64,000 bases of DNA from Eledone cirrhosa (lineage: Eukaryota), in the NCBI GenBank assembly GCA_964016885.1, contig OZ024741.1, positions 271,746,001-271,810,000 on the forward strand, given 5' to 3'. The position numbers were made by a program, and so were the translations under genes. Shown one piece after another: positions 1 through 13,221 of this stretch (positions within the stretch are counted from its first letter, which is position 1; each line of letters starts with the position of its first letter). The notes under the pieces were generated by a model. The model had not been told where the DNA came from. It saw only the letters and a program-made list of their open reading frames with translations, and did no database searches.

Positions 1-1650
1 GGGATGAGAGGAACCACGTGTAGCTTGGCAAGGGAGGGGATGAGAGGAACCACATGTAGCTTGGCAAGGGAGGGGATGAGAGGAACCACATGTAGCTTGG
101 CAAGGGAGGGGATGAGAGGAACTACATGTAGCTTGGCAAGGGAGGGGATGAGAGGAACCACGTGTAGCTTGGCAAGGGAGGGGATGAGAGGAACCACATG
201 TAGCTTGGCAAGGGAGGGGATGAGAGGAACCACATGTAGCTTGGCAAGGGAGGGGATGAGAGGAACTACATGTAGCTTGGCAAGGGAGAGGATGAGAGGA
301 ACCACATGTAGCATGGCAAGGGAGGGGATGAGAGGAACCACATGTAGCTTGGCAAGGGAGGGGATGAGAGGAATCACATGTAGCTTGGCAAGGGAGGGGA
401 TGAGAGGAACCACATGTAGCTTGGCAAGGGAGGGGATGAGAGGAACCACGTGTAGCTTGGCAAGGGAGGGGATGAGAGGAACCACATGTAACTTGGCAAG
501 GGAGGGGATGAGAGGAACCACATGTAGCTTGGCAAGGGAGGGGATGAGAGGAATCACATGTAGCTTGGCAAGGGAGGGGATGAGAGGAACCACGTGTAGC
601 TTGACAAGGGAGGGGATGAGAGGAATCACATGTAGCTTGGCAAGGGAGGGGATGAGAGGAACCACATGTAACTTGGCAAGGGAGGGGATGAGAGGAACCA
701 CATGTAGCTTGGCAAGGGAGGGGATGAGAGGAATCACATGTAGCTTGGCAAGGGAGGGGATGAGAGGAACCACGTGTAGCTTGGCAAGGGAGGGGATGAG
801 AGGAATCACATGTAGCTTGGCAAGGGAGGGGATGAGAGGAACCACGTGTAGCTTGGCAAGGGAGGGGATGAGAGGAATCACATGTAGCTTGGCAAGGGAG
901 GGGATGAGAGGAACCACGTGTAGCTTGGCAAGGGAGGGGATGAGAGGAACCACATGTAACTTGGCAAGGGAGGGGATGAGAGGAATCACATGTAGCTTGG
1001 CAAGGGAGGGGATGAGAGGAATCACATGTAGCTTGGCAAGGGAGGGGATGAGAGGAACCACGTGTAGCTTGGCAAGGGAGGGGATGAGAGGAACCACATG
1101 TAACTTGGCAAGGGAGGGGATGAGAGGAACCACATGTAGCTTGGCAAGGGAGGGGATGAGAGGAACCACGTGTAGCTTGGCAAGGGAGGGGATGAGAGGA
1201 ACCACATGTAACTTGGCAAGGGAGGGGATGAGAGGAATCACATGTAGCTTGGCAAGGGAGGGGATGAGAGGAATCACATGTAGCTTGGCAAGGGAGGGGA
1301 TGAGAGGAACCACGTGTAGCTTGGCAAGGGAGGGGATGAGAGGAACCACATGTAACTTGGCAAGGGAGGGGATGAGAGGAACCACATGTAGCTTGGCAAG
1401 GGAGGGGATGAGAGGAACCACATGTAGCTTGGCAAGGGAGGGGATGAGAGGAACCACGTGTAGCTTGGCAAGGGAGGTGATGAGAGGAACCACATGTAGC
1501 TTGGCAAGGGAGGGGATGAGAGGAATTACATGTAGCTTGGCAAGGGAGGGGATGAGAGGAATCACATGTAGCTTGGCAAGGGAGGTGATGAGAGGAACCA
1601 CGTGTAGCTTGCTGATGGAGCAGTTGAAAGGGACCACATGTAGTTTGGCA
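1..1650. repeat. 36-bp minisatellite (about 45 units, GGGATGAGAGGAACCACATGTAGCTTGGCAAGGGAG), runs off the window start
   Basis: Visible tandem repeat with a few recurrent variant positions (ACC/ATC, CACATG/CACGTG, AGC/AAC) and degenerate last units. The 554-aa ORF is this repeat read in frame. Confidence 0.97.
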
Positions 1651-1869
1651 AGGTGGCCTTACATGTGACGTCTGGTGGTACAGAGAGGAGTACCCCAGGG
1701 TTTCCATGTTGATATGACGAGTCAGGGAGGAGAGGAATATTAATGTGGTGGTGAGGGAGGGGAGACTGGGAGGTTAGATAGTCACATGGGGTGATATTGG
1801 CAGAGTGCAGCCTCACATTCACACCTTTACTCACACTCTCTTTTTACTTTATTTTTCATTATCACCACA

Positions 1870-2310
1870 AATGCCTCCACCACCACCATCATGAATGACA
1901 AATGGTATCCACCACTGCTACCGCTACCATCATGAACGATAAATGGTATCCAACACCACCAACACCACCACTGCCACCACCAACTCTGCCACAACCACCA
2001 CCACCACTGCCACCAACACCACCACCACTACCACGACGACGACCACCGCCAACACCACCATCACTTACACCACCACTACCACCAACACCACTACCACCAC
2101 CACCACCACCACCACCACTACCACCAACACCACTACCACCACCGCCACCACCACTACCACCAACACCACTACCACCGCCACTACCACCACCACCAACACC
2201 ACCACCACTACTACTACCAACACCACCACTACCACCACCGCCACCACCAATAACCCCACCACCACTCCCACCACTACCACCACCACCACCAATAACCCCA
2301 CCACCACTGT
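1870..2310. repeat. Degenerate (CCA)n/(TGG)n trinucleotide tract
   Basis: Direct observation. It generates the poly-Pro, poly-Thr, poly-Gly and poly-Val ORFs in the track. Confidence 0.95.
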
Positions 2311-2332
2311 CATTACTGTCACATACAACCAG

Positions 2333-2451
2333 ACCAATATATCTCTGTGAATAAAGCAAGAGTCATCAACCGTGACATCTCAGCAGACAATGGCGTCATC
2401 CATACTATCAACAATGTCTTGCTACCAGAAAATTCAGATATTATTGGTTAA
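2333..2451 (+). CDS. Terminal coding exon of a fasciclin (FAS1) domain protein (TGFBI/periostin-like family); upstream exons lie outside the window
   Basis: After CCAG (2329-2332) the frame reads xQYISVNKARVINRDISADNGVIHTINNVLLPENSDIIG*, containing the FAS1 H2 motif (NGVIH.I..VL.P). Stop TAA at 2449-2451, several AATAAA at about 2748-2793. Not present in the ORF track. Confidence 0.85.
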
Positions 2452-3079
2452 ACTGAGCATTGCTCTGTCGCTCCATTGGTTATATTGATCAGCAGTCCGT
2501 AAACTAACCATTGTTCCATCTATTAAACTGACTGTCAGTCTCTTGGTCTGTCAGACTGTCAAACTGTCAGACTGTCAGACTGCCAGCCTGTCAGATTCTC
2601 AAACTGTCTGACAGACTGCCAGTCTGTCAGATTCTCAATCTGTTGAACCGTCAGTCAGACTAACCATTGAGTCAGCCAATGTCGTCCTTGTCATCTTCAC
2701 AACAACCATCATTAACATTGGAATAGGTTATGGACATCACAACAACCAATAAAACCACAACAACAACCAATAAAAGGGGAAGGGGTGAATAAAGGCGACA
2801 GCATTGCTTGAATTCTTACAGTTGTTGACTCTCCTTTTTGTTTTTATTGTTTGTCGGGTTTTTGGTTGTTTTTTTTTTGTCAGGTTTTTGTTTGGAGGGG
2901 TGACATCCAAGAAAACTACTGGGAGAAGCCCAGTGAATTTTGTATGATTTAATTTCTTATTATGATGGCTGGCTGAACTGTTACAGTGTACTCTCGGGTC
3001 CAAATAATCGTCCATACCCACCCACCCCTGCTTATCAATTTTTCAGGTTTTTTCCACACACACACACTTCTTCACCCAC

Positions 3080-3540
3080 TTATTCCTGAGAGGGTCATGG
3101 GGGCAGAGACCTCAAACACTCCTTCCAGAGGGTCCTGTCAGAAGCAACCATCTCCAACTGATCCGGCTGGATCCCCAAGTGAGATCAACCAAGCTCATGG
3201 ATGTTATCCAACCATCTTGCTCAGGGTCTACCCCTGGGTCTCCTGTCACTGGTTTTGTTCATAAAATCTGTCCAGCGATTCTTTTCTGAAACATTCTAAT
3301 CACATGTCCATAGTATCAAAGTTGTGATCTCTCAACTGGGAGAAGTAGTGGCCCTGCCTGGAGTGACTTTCTGATCTCTAAGCTGCGCAATCTAACAAGT
3401 AACGTTAATCCAAAGACCCATCGGAGGAACCCCATTTCGTCCACTTGTATTCGGGATCATATTCCTTCAGTCATTACCCAAGATTCATGACCATAGGTAA
3501 GGGCTGGCACAAATACCAAATTGAAGATAGTGAGTTTGGC
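3080..3540 (-). mobile_element. Degraded 3' fragment of a non-LTR retrotransposon (RTE-like); homologous copy at about 61800-62260
   Basis: The reverse strand gives GHVIRM..RIAGQIL..PRGRP..RWLDNI-like remnants. Clear nucleotide similarity to 61990-62260. Confidence 0.55.
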
Positions 3541-5369
3541 ACACACACACTTATTAAATTTTGCTAATCTATCTCCAGCAGAATTTTATTTTAAGTGATA
3601 GCATTCCTGCAACGTTTAATTTTCTTTATATATTAAAAAACATTATATATTACTAGAAATTCCCTATATTATAAAATAAATAGGATGGGTTGGGGTCTCA
3701 ATATGTAAACTAAACAACTAATTTTGGTTTTTAAAATAATCGACAGGGAACTACTTAAAAAAAATTACCGATTTTTGAAACCCCATTCCCACTGCCACCC
3801 ATATTCTACACACACCCAGCCACCTTGCTTATTTGCAAAAGTAAGACAAATTGTTTCGTTCTGAGTTCAAATCCTGCTGAGACCAACTTTGCCTTCTTTT
3901 ATCCTTTCAGGATTGATATAATGAAGTATCAGTAAAGAACTGGGGTCGATTTAACTGTTAGCCTTATACCTTGTTAAAGACAAGTATTATGATGGATGAG
4001 CTGAGAGAAAACTGGGTATAAGAGGAATCAGATGTAGTGTGCAGAAGAGAAGATTGCACTTATATGAACATGTGGTGTTTATGGATGGTGAGAAGTAGAT
4101 GAAAAAGTTTCAACAATTCCCAACTGAAGGGTGTAGCAGTAGAGGATGACCTTCGAAGACCTAGACAGAAGTGATGAGAGAGGATCTCAAAATGCTGAAC
4201 CTCACAGAAGGAGGCATGTTGTGCTGGAGAAAACCCATTCAACCCATGCAAGTATGGAAAAGTGGACATAAAAAGATGATCATGATAAGGATTAGGCAGA
4301 GATATGGTAACATGGTATATGTGGGTAGTGAGATGGTGAGGTGCCTCTGTGAGTGTCTGAATACATACATTCGTTGTAGGGAAACTTTCACCTTTAACAC
4401 ATTCCTTACCATATTTCTGCATGAAAGACGCTGTTTAAGATTTTCAAATCCCTTTAAAAATAATCCAGAATTTGAAGGAGTTTAGTAATGTAACTAAGGT
4501 TGCGAACTAGCAAAGTCATTAGAATGTCGGATAGAATGCTTTCCGGTATTTGTTCCAATTCTCTGTTCTCAAAGTCCAAATCTTGTGAGGTCAACATTGC
4601 CTTTCATCTATTTGAAGTCGATAAAAAAAGTACCAGTCTAGTACTGGGGTCAATTCTTCCTCTATATCTCTTTCTCACTCACACTCATTCTTTCACTCTT
4701 TATATATCCTTCTCTGAAAGAGATTTGCTGAATTCAGGCCTGGAGAGGAGATGGGCTCCATCGGGTTTAGAAATGCCCAAGAAACGTTGTATATCAATAC
4801 AGAGCCCCTACAACTACCTCAGGGGTTACAGGGAAAGAGGAAGAGAGGAGTAATATAACTAACATTGTCATTATTAAGCTTGTGTTTGGAACATAACTTA
4901 ACACAGGTTCTTACATAATATTATGATTGAAAGCTTTTAGACAAATATAAACATTTTAACCCCATCATTACCATATTTCTAATGAAAGCCACTGCCTATT
5001 GTTTTTTAATCATTTTGAAAATAATCCAGAATTTAGAGGGATTTAGTAATATAACTTTCTCGTTATTCAATTGGTGCTTGGAACATAACTTAACATAGGT
5101 TCTTTCATAAAATTATAATGACAGGTTTTTAGATAAATATAAACTCATGCAAGCATGGAAAAATGGTTGTAAAAAAGATAATGATGAAGATGAAAAAGAA
5201 AGCCCTTTGTTTTCTGCAGAGGTACCAGTTACCTATACGTCATCCAACTTGTTTTTATCCTGGCTATCACACTATCAGAGCACCCTACCTTATTGCTGAT
5301 TAGGTCTCCTCAGTAACAAAAGCTGTCAACAACTTCTAAGTAGCCTCCCTTGGCTACTGAGGGTATTTA

Positions 5370-7275
5370 TTTCATGTGATCTTAATGTTTACTTTTCCTG
5401 TGCATTTGCTGCATATAAAGTCTATCTTTTTCTGTTAGCCTGCCTTCAATCTCACTACACCTATTGTGTATCCATATATAACACTGCGTGCACCTTGTAT
5501 CACCCTGCTGTACTCATTTCTACTTATTAATACTTTTGTCTTTACTAAGTTTACTTTTAGACCTTTTAACTCTAGGTTCTTCCATGCTTGAAATGTCTCT
5601 AACTCTCCTATAGATTCAGCTATAAAGACTAGGTTATCAGCATACAAGAGCTCCCATGGAGTACTAGTTTTAAACTCCTCAGTTATTCCTGAAGTACAAT
5701 GATAAACAGAAGTGGACTGATACTTTAAATAAATTCATCACTGTATTAATGCCTACTCTCCTTTTGCTGGTTGCACCTTTATACATGGCCTACATGGCCC
5801 CCAAAAGTCATTCATCTACACCTGGCTTCCTAAGTACCCCAAACATTACAGAGCATGAGATACTGTCAAAGACCTTTTCGAGATCTACAAAGTACCTCTC
5901 CTGTAGTTGTTTCACCAGAAAGAGGGCTTCAGTCATACCCTTACCTAGCATAAATCCAAACTATATTTCATCTAACTTTTCTGCAACTTTCATGACTGGT
6001 CCATCAACTTCATACCTCTGTAGTTACTTCTCTCTAGTGCATCCCCTTTGCCCTTGTAGCAATTAACGATGATACTGCTCACCAATCATTAAGTAAGACA
6101 TGACTCTGTACTATTTGATTAAATATGAGTTCGACTTGCTCATATCCTACCATGCCAGATGCTTTTAGTATTACTGGAATTATACCAGATCATCCAGCTC
6201 CCTTCTCTACCTTCATGTCTTTAATTGCTTTGTCTATCACACTGCTGTCAACTTTTATAGCTGGTCCCTCAGTAGGGTCTACATGGGGTAGTCCCTAACT
6301 GCCCCACTTATTCTCTTCATTCAACAACCTCTCATAGTATGTCTTCCATGCTTCTTTCTTTCCATCATCAAACAGGACAAGAGCTCCATTATCATTTCAG
6401 ATACACTTTTCCCCAACCACATCATGATTTTCTCTAACATACAGTCTCACAATGCAGAACTCTTAATGCCTCTAATCTTCATGATGTAGAACATATGAAA
6501 ACTTCTTTTCTGCCTTTCCCCTCACTAGATATACTTGGGACCTGGCCTCTCTTTTAGCTATCTGGTATTGCTTTCTATCTCCTCCATCTCTCCAGGCTTG
6601 TCTTTTCGTTTTTATGAATAAATCTACCTTATCATTCCACCACTATGTTACCCTAATCTATGTTGGCCAATACATTATTTCCCAGGAAAGAATTTGGCAT
6701 TTACAATCATTTGTCTATCTCGTTTCTTGGTGAGAACAAAGTCTATTTGGCTAGTATGCCCCTTAATTGGTAGGTAATCAGGTGGTTGGCTGCTTTCCTG
6801 AAGTTAGTGTTGCAAATGGTTAGGTCAAAAGCTTCGCAGAACTCCAGCCGCCTAGATCTCTCCTCATTTTTTGTATCATAACCATAGCCTCCATGTATGC
6901 CAGGGAATCTGCCATGATGTTTCCCAAAATGTCCATTAAAGTCAGCAGCTGCGATCATAAGATCACATCTGTCATTGAGATAGTCTGTAAGAGGACTTCA
7001 TAGAAATTGTCTTTCTGCTCAACTGCCAGCCCAACTTGTGGAGAATATGTAGATAGTATAGTGGCTGTAGTATTGCCCAAGGCTAGACTAAGTTTGATTA
7101 TTCTATCACTCACTCTGAATACCTCAATTACCCATCTCTCAGCCAGGAGCAACCCTACCCCACCCACCCCATTATTGCTAGCCATCCAGAAGAATTTGTA
7201 CCAGTGTTCCTTGCCTGCGATAAATCTGACTGAAGCACCCCTCCACCTTACTTCTTGCACACAGCACACACTGCA
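5370..7275 (-). mobile_element. Degraded RTE-clade LINE (APE endonuclease + RT fragments)
   Basis: CCVQEVRWRG, YSPQVG, DFNGH, CNTNFRK and YADNLV fragments with many stops and frameshifts. Confidence 0.9.
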
Positions 7276-8289
7276 GTGGGGTGGGGGTGGGATGTTAGAA
7301 GGATTGCACAACTGCTTGGTGATAATGAAGAGATTTGCATGCCATGTTAGGCTCTTTCGTCTACTAAATTGTATTGTCGCTCAGATGTTTGCAGTCATCA
7401 CCAACATCAACTGCAGCCACGACCAGCACCATCTGCTACAACCACCACCAGCATCATCTGCAATCATTACCACCAGTACCTGTGACAGCTGAAATCACCT
7501 GCAGTATCAACATGGACTAAAACTACCACCCCCCAGTACCAACGCCAGCTGCAGTTACCCCCACCACCAGCATCTATTGTAATCCACTTAGGCCATCCAT
7601 TGATCTCTGATATAACCAATATACCATTTGCTATAATAGAAGAGGCTATATATAAAATTATAAGTTTGAAGAATAGTCAGACAGAATTTATCCAGTTTTT
7701 TCTTCTTAGTCTGTAGAAATCAACCAGATAAATAATCATTTAAACGGAGCTAAGTTTAAAATGTAACTTTGAAGAAATAACAGATAAATGTTATCGATAT
7801 TCCTCTATGAGGAACAGTTAGATAAAATTTACCTAGTCTTTCCTCTTAGTCCATAGAAATTAACTAGATAAATAATCAATTAAATGGAGCTAAGTCTAAA
7901 ATGTAAGTTTGAAGAAAAAAATAGAAAAAAATGTTACCAAAAGTTCTCCCAGTCCCGACTATTGATAGTTTCACTTGTACTTTGTGGAAATGTCTAATCA
8001 TTGCATTATCCATATACATGTACATATACACACATATATACATATATATACACATATATATATGTGTAGATCCTGAGTTAAATCAGGGTTAACCACAGTT
8101 AAAAAGGTACTCAATACATTAGTAGAGTGTAAAATCATATTTAATATAGAAATGACTTCTACAGGGCTAGACTACTTCATTTGTATGAAATCATCAGGAA
8201 TGCAACCACATTGACAGCATGAACTGGACATGCCTGATAATTTCATTCAAATGACACAGTTCTAGTCCTGTAGAAGCTTTTTCTATACT

Positions 8290-8590
8290 GAGCTGAGGGA
8301 GAAGCTGGTTTAAGAGGAATCCGAGGAGGTGTTCAGGAGAGAAGATTGCATTAGTATGAACATGTGATGCACATGGACAATGACCAATGGGCGAAAAATT
8401 GCCAGGAAATCCCAGTGGAAGGAAGCCACAATAGAGGACGACCAAGAAAGACCTGGGCAGAGGTTGTGAGAGCTGACCTCAAATCACTAAAACCGGCAGA
8501 GGAGATGACGAAGGAACGTGACAGGTGTAGAGATGCCATACTGAGGACACGTCCAAACCATGCAAGCATGGAAAAGCGGACGTAAAAACG
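8290..8590 (+). mobile_element. RTE LINE 3' end fragment
   Basis: [25 protein letters not shown] followed by the family 3' end CATGCAAGCATGGAAAAGCGGACGTAAAA. Confidence 0.8.
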
Positions 8591-9059
8591 ATATTTATAT
8601 TATGCTATATATTAGAGGAGCACACAGCCCTCACAACAGTGCAGAAGGGGTATGTGCATACACACCCATAGAAGTATATACATTACCTGCACTTACATAA
8701 AAAAGGAGGAGGGAGAGAGGGTTTATTTCAGTAGGAGATCCCCAGTCATTACCACATGGTGTGCCAATTGAAGCAGGAGGTTAGAATATGGCTTCTTGAG
8801 GAAAGGGAGCTTAGGTTCCCATTTCAGAAGATCAACTCAATAAAATACAATTTACCACAGCAGTCACCACATTTTAGATTTGAAAACCTATCCTAACAAC
8901 AACATATTTGAAAACCAATGATAAAAGCAGAATTTATATTGAAATCTATACTAAGCTTTAAAACTTGGAAGCTCTTACTTTGGCTTCATGTTGGCATTCT
9001 ACAAAACATTTTGCATTTTTCATATATATTCATATATATATATACACATACATACATAG

Positions 9060-9102
<43 letters not shown>

Positions 9103-9407
9103 TTTCTGCCTATTTGTGGTTGGGCCGATAATGTTGTTAGAATTGAGTGTGTCCTTGAAGAGATGGTTTCAGTAAGATTATGTAATGAGTGCTATAGTTT
9201 TTGTGGTAGGTGCTAACTACGTAAGGTTTCCTCGAAAAAGAATCTGCCCAAGAGTTATTTATATATATATGTGAGTATGTATTGAACATATACATATATG
9301 TTATTGCTCCTAATATTGTTTTTTTAACTTTAAATTAGATCTGGCTTAAGGTCCCTACATTTGCCAGTCAATATGACTAATATTTTATGCATTGATGAAA
9401 AAAGTAA

Positions 9408-9561
9408 TCTATATACATAAATGGCAATTTCTCTCTGTTTGTGTGTGTGTTTGTTTGTGGATTTGTTTGTGAACCTAAAACTCAAAAACTACCAAACCGA
9501 TCTTGATGAAACTTGACACGTGTGGCCGGTTCATGTCCATTTGATTTCTTACGTACTTTGA

Positions 9562-9605
<44 letters not shown>

Positions 9606-9738
9606 GATAATTTCCAGTCTGCATAGATTTTTTTTAAATGAATAGGAAATGTGTATGCAAATGCTCATATGAATGTTTTTTTCTGCCATAACTTTTAAAG
9701 CTCTCACCCGATTTCCTTCAAACTTGAAACACAGATAG

Positions 9739-9777
<39 letters not shown>

Positions 9778-9995
9778 TTTTTTTTTTTTTTCTTATAGCA
9801 ACACTCAACTTCTCTGACAAACACTTTTTCGCCTGACTAATGCAATCAACAATATTGTTTGTATTATTGTTTCGTAAATGAATTTGTCTTCGCTTTTGAT
9901 TATCTGTCCTATATTTTGATTTCATTTTTGGTCTGAGACCATTGGGCATTTTAATGGGAACTGGGAATACCCACGCTCCCAGGTACCTCAGCTAG
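9408..9995 (+). mobile_element. Non-autonomous Helitron-like element
   Basis: A|TCTATATACATAAA 5' end, subterminal hairpin CTGGGA...TCCCAG, CTAG|T 3' end, no TSD. Confidence 0.65.
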
Positions 9996-10887
9996 TATAT
10001 ATATATATAACAAAGGTAAAACTATATATACAAAGCTCAAATGTATGTAGAGAATTATATATGATAGTATATAATTGCCACATCATTTTAGAATTAGTTC
10101 GATGTGTTTATATATTATATTGGTCCGAAAAAAAAGTAGATCTATATATATGATTATATCACCATCATCATCACCATTTAACGTCCATTTTCCATGCAAG
10201 CATGGGTTAGACAAGTTGCCCATTGTGAGACAAGTGAAGTCCAATGACCTCATACAGGACTGGTTTTGGCTTCATTTCTATGTTTGGATGCCCTTCCTAA
10301 CACCAACCACACCATTCAACGTCCAATTTTCCATATTAGCATGGATTAGACAAACTGTCCCATTGTGAGACAAGTCAGATCAAATAACTGTCTTGCTCAA
10401 ATGACAGAACTCCTTCTGTCTTGATTTCTACGGCTGGATGGCCTTCCTACTGCCAATCACATTTAGAGCGTTACTTTTTATCATGGTACCAAAATGACCA
10501 CTTTACATTGTGTGTGTATATATATATATGAGCAAGACATGGTCACCTGATCTGGCTTGCTTCATAACATGACAATCCATTTAAACCATGAAAGCATGAA
10601 AAAAAATGGATATTAAATAATGATGATTTAAGCATAAACAAGATAGAAAATTAAAAACAAAAAAGTAAATATGCCTTTGTAGCGAGGATGGAACTTACCA
10701 TATTTTCAGATACAACCCAAAATTAGGCAGCTTCACCTCTACTAAAAACACTGTGATACCATGTTACAGCTCTCAATTTTATGCACTCTATGCCATTTTT
10801 CTTTACTTCTAACATTTTAATTTTTCGGGGTTTTTTTCAAAATAACCTCTTCGTCCCTTTAGTATTTCCCTGCCATTATATATGGCA

Positions 10888-11071
10888 GTGGATTGGCAGT
10901 ATCGGTGGAGGGTCAGACGCCATGCTTTCCAGCATAGTTACATCCCTTTACGATCTGAGTTCAAATCCCGCCGAGGTTGACTTTGCCTTTCATCCTTACG
11001 GGGGTCGATAAAATAAAGTACCAGTAATGCACTGGGTAATTGCTGGCCTTGTGCCTAAAGTAGAAACAATT
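10888..11071 (+). mobile_element. tRNA-derived SINE family A (about 185 bp, Meta-domain-like central region); representative copy
   Basis: A-box TGGCAGTATCGG, B-box GAGTTCAAATCC, central GCCTTTCATCCTTACGGGGTCGATAAAATAAAGTACCAG, (ATT)n tail. Near-identical copies at about 20795-20982(-), 21318-21500(+), 26672-26856(-), 27097-27278(+), 31740-31923(-), 36688-37145(+, tandem), 52190-52642(-), 60388-61090(-). Confidence 0.9.
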
Positions 11072-11519
11072 ATATATGGTATATAATAGTATTCTATGTA
11101 ATTGGTTTAAAATAGCTATATAGTATCCAGACATGTCATAAGAAGCAACTAAAAGGGCTAATGACAGGAAGGGCATCTGGCTATAAAACACTGCCTCAAT
11201 AATGATGCCATGGTGTGTAATGAAGCTTGTAGTCATGATGTGTAATGAAGCTTGTAGTCCCTCAAGGCTAACCCCTGCTTCAGTAGGAAAAAATCAACCT
11301 TAAAACACTTGTAGTAATACAATAATTTGTCATGAGGTCCCTCAGCAAGTTGAAACAACCTTAAAACATTTGTAGTAATATATCTCTATATAAATTTGAG
11401 CAACTTCCATCCATCACACAATGTGTGTATTTGTGTGAATGTATGTTTGTTAAAGGAAGGAAGAGGATGGTGAAAAAACTATAGGAAAATAGCGGCTGGC
11501 CTTCCATTTGCTACGCTAG

Positions 11520-12788
11520 GTGTGCATGTATGTGTATATTTGTGTAAATGTATGTATGTGCGTGTGTGTCTGTTTGACTGAATGTATGTGTGTTTGTGTG
11601 AATGTATGTCTATGAGTGTGTATTTTTGTAAGTGTGTATGTTTGCATGTTTATATTTATATACTTATACATATAAATATACACATATTCACATATGCACA
11701 CACGCACACACATATACACATATACGTGTTGAAAAAAAAATCTAGTATAATATAATACACAAGAATTAGAGATGTAATATTTTATTTCAATATATCTCGA
11801 GACAGTTAAAAAACTTATTAGATTAAAATTTATGTTAATCGCTTCTTTGACAATGGAATTTGAATATAATAGGAAAAAGATTATTTTAAGAAACCATGGG
11901 AGGGGGAACACAAATGAAAAAATATATATAAAAAATTACAGATCCTTATGTAAAAAAAATAATAATATTAAGAAAAAAATATGACATCCTTAATAAAATT
12001 GTTAAAAGAGAAAGAGTTAAGTATTTTTGATAATTAAGAAAACCAGCACATCATTGAGCTTTTATATATATATATACATACACACACACACATATATACA
12101 TATGTATACATATATATTTACATTATATATACATATATATATATATATATACATTATATATATACATTATATATATACATATTTACACAATATATATTAT
12201 ATTATATTATATATATATATATATATATATACATATATATGTGTGTGTGTATGTGTATTATATTCATATGTGCAATATACATACATGTGTTATATACATA
12301 AATATGTACATATGTATGTGTGTGTGTATGTATATATATATATATATATAATATATATATACATATATACACACACACATATACATACACAAACATATTT
12401 ACATATATATATACACATACACACATACATATATATTAATTATACAAAATATGTCATTCTAAAATACAATGTATTAAGTCCTTTCCTGTATGACTGTTCT
12501 TAACCTTTAGATTAAGTTTATCACATTAAATATATATATATATATGTATACACACATACACACATATACATATATATACATTTACATATATATATACATA
12601 TATTTATTTATATATATACATATATTTATTTATATATATATACATATATTTATTTATATATATATACATATATTTATTTATATATATATACATATATTCA
12701 TTTATATATATATATACATATATTTATTTATATATATATACATATATATATCATCATCATCATCATCTTCGTTTAACGTCCATGATGA

Positions 12789-12825
<37 letters not shown>
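11520..12825. repeat. Compound (TA)n/(CA)n/(TACA)n microsatellite field; similar fields at about 17960-18200, 19410-19860, 25260-25510, 27720-28130, 29870-30060, 51120-51550, 55290-55600
   Basis: Direct observation. Source of the [12 protein letters not shown] ORFs. Confidence 0.95.
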
Positions 12826-12826
<1 letters not shown>

Positions 12827-13159
12827 TGTTCTCCTGGCATTCACAGTCCCAACATTTGCAATCCCAGTTATTCGCGGAATTTTCCTTAGAAACCAAACTA
12901 ATATTTGTTCATGGAAATTACAGTATATTCATGGAATCATAGATATCTTCCGCAATTTTTTTATTGATTTTTTATGGCAATATATATTTTTTAACAATAA
13001 ATTAATAACAATATACCGTATTTGCCAGCCTATTTTTATTATATTTTACACTATATTTTGACGTTTAGAGGCATTTTTAAAGACCACGTCCAATATTCGC
13101 GGTTTTTCAGTCTCCGCGTGTGCTCTAGGAATGTAAACCCCTCGAATACCAGGGGACTA

Positions 13160-13210
<51 letters not shown>

Positions 13211-13221
13211 TATATATATAT

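Noticed and set aside
4-1668. 554-aa ORF (MRGTTCSLAREG)n as a protein-coding gene
   Set aside because: It is the in-frame reading of a 36-bp minisatellite. Recurrent variants are often non-synonymous, and there is no unique domain or splice evidence.
1889-2359. Gly-, Pro-, Thr- and Val-rich ORFs (extensin/mucin-like)
   Set aside because: All are frames of one (CCA)n tract. The real coding signal is the FAS1 exon in a different frame.
10699-10745. Possible short minus-strand exon (tttttag...ATG|gtaagt)
   Set aside because: No recognisable peptide and no partner exons found; indistinguishable from chance splice-like sites.
10888-10975. tRNA genes at the A-box/B-box motifs
   Set aside because: They are SINE heads followed by SINE bodies in many copies; no complete cloverleaf.
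11516-12942. [12 protein letters not shown] ORFs here and throughout the window
   Set aside because: Translations of dinucleotide microsatellites.
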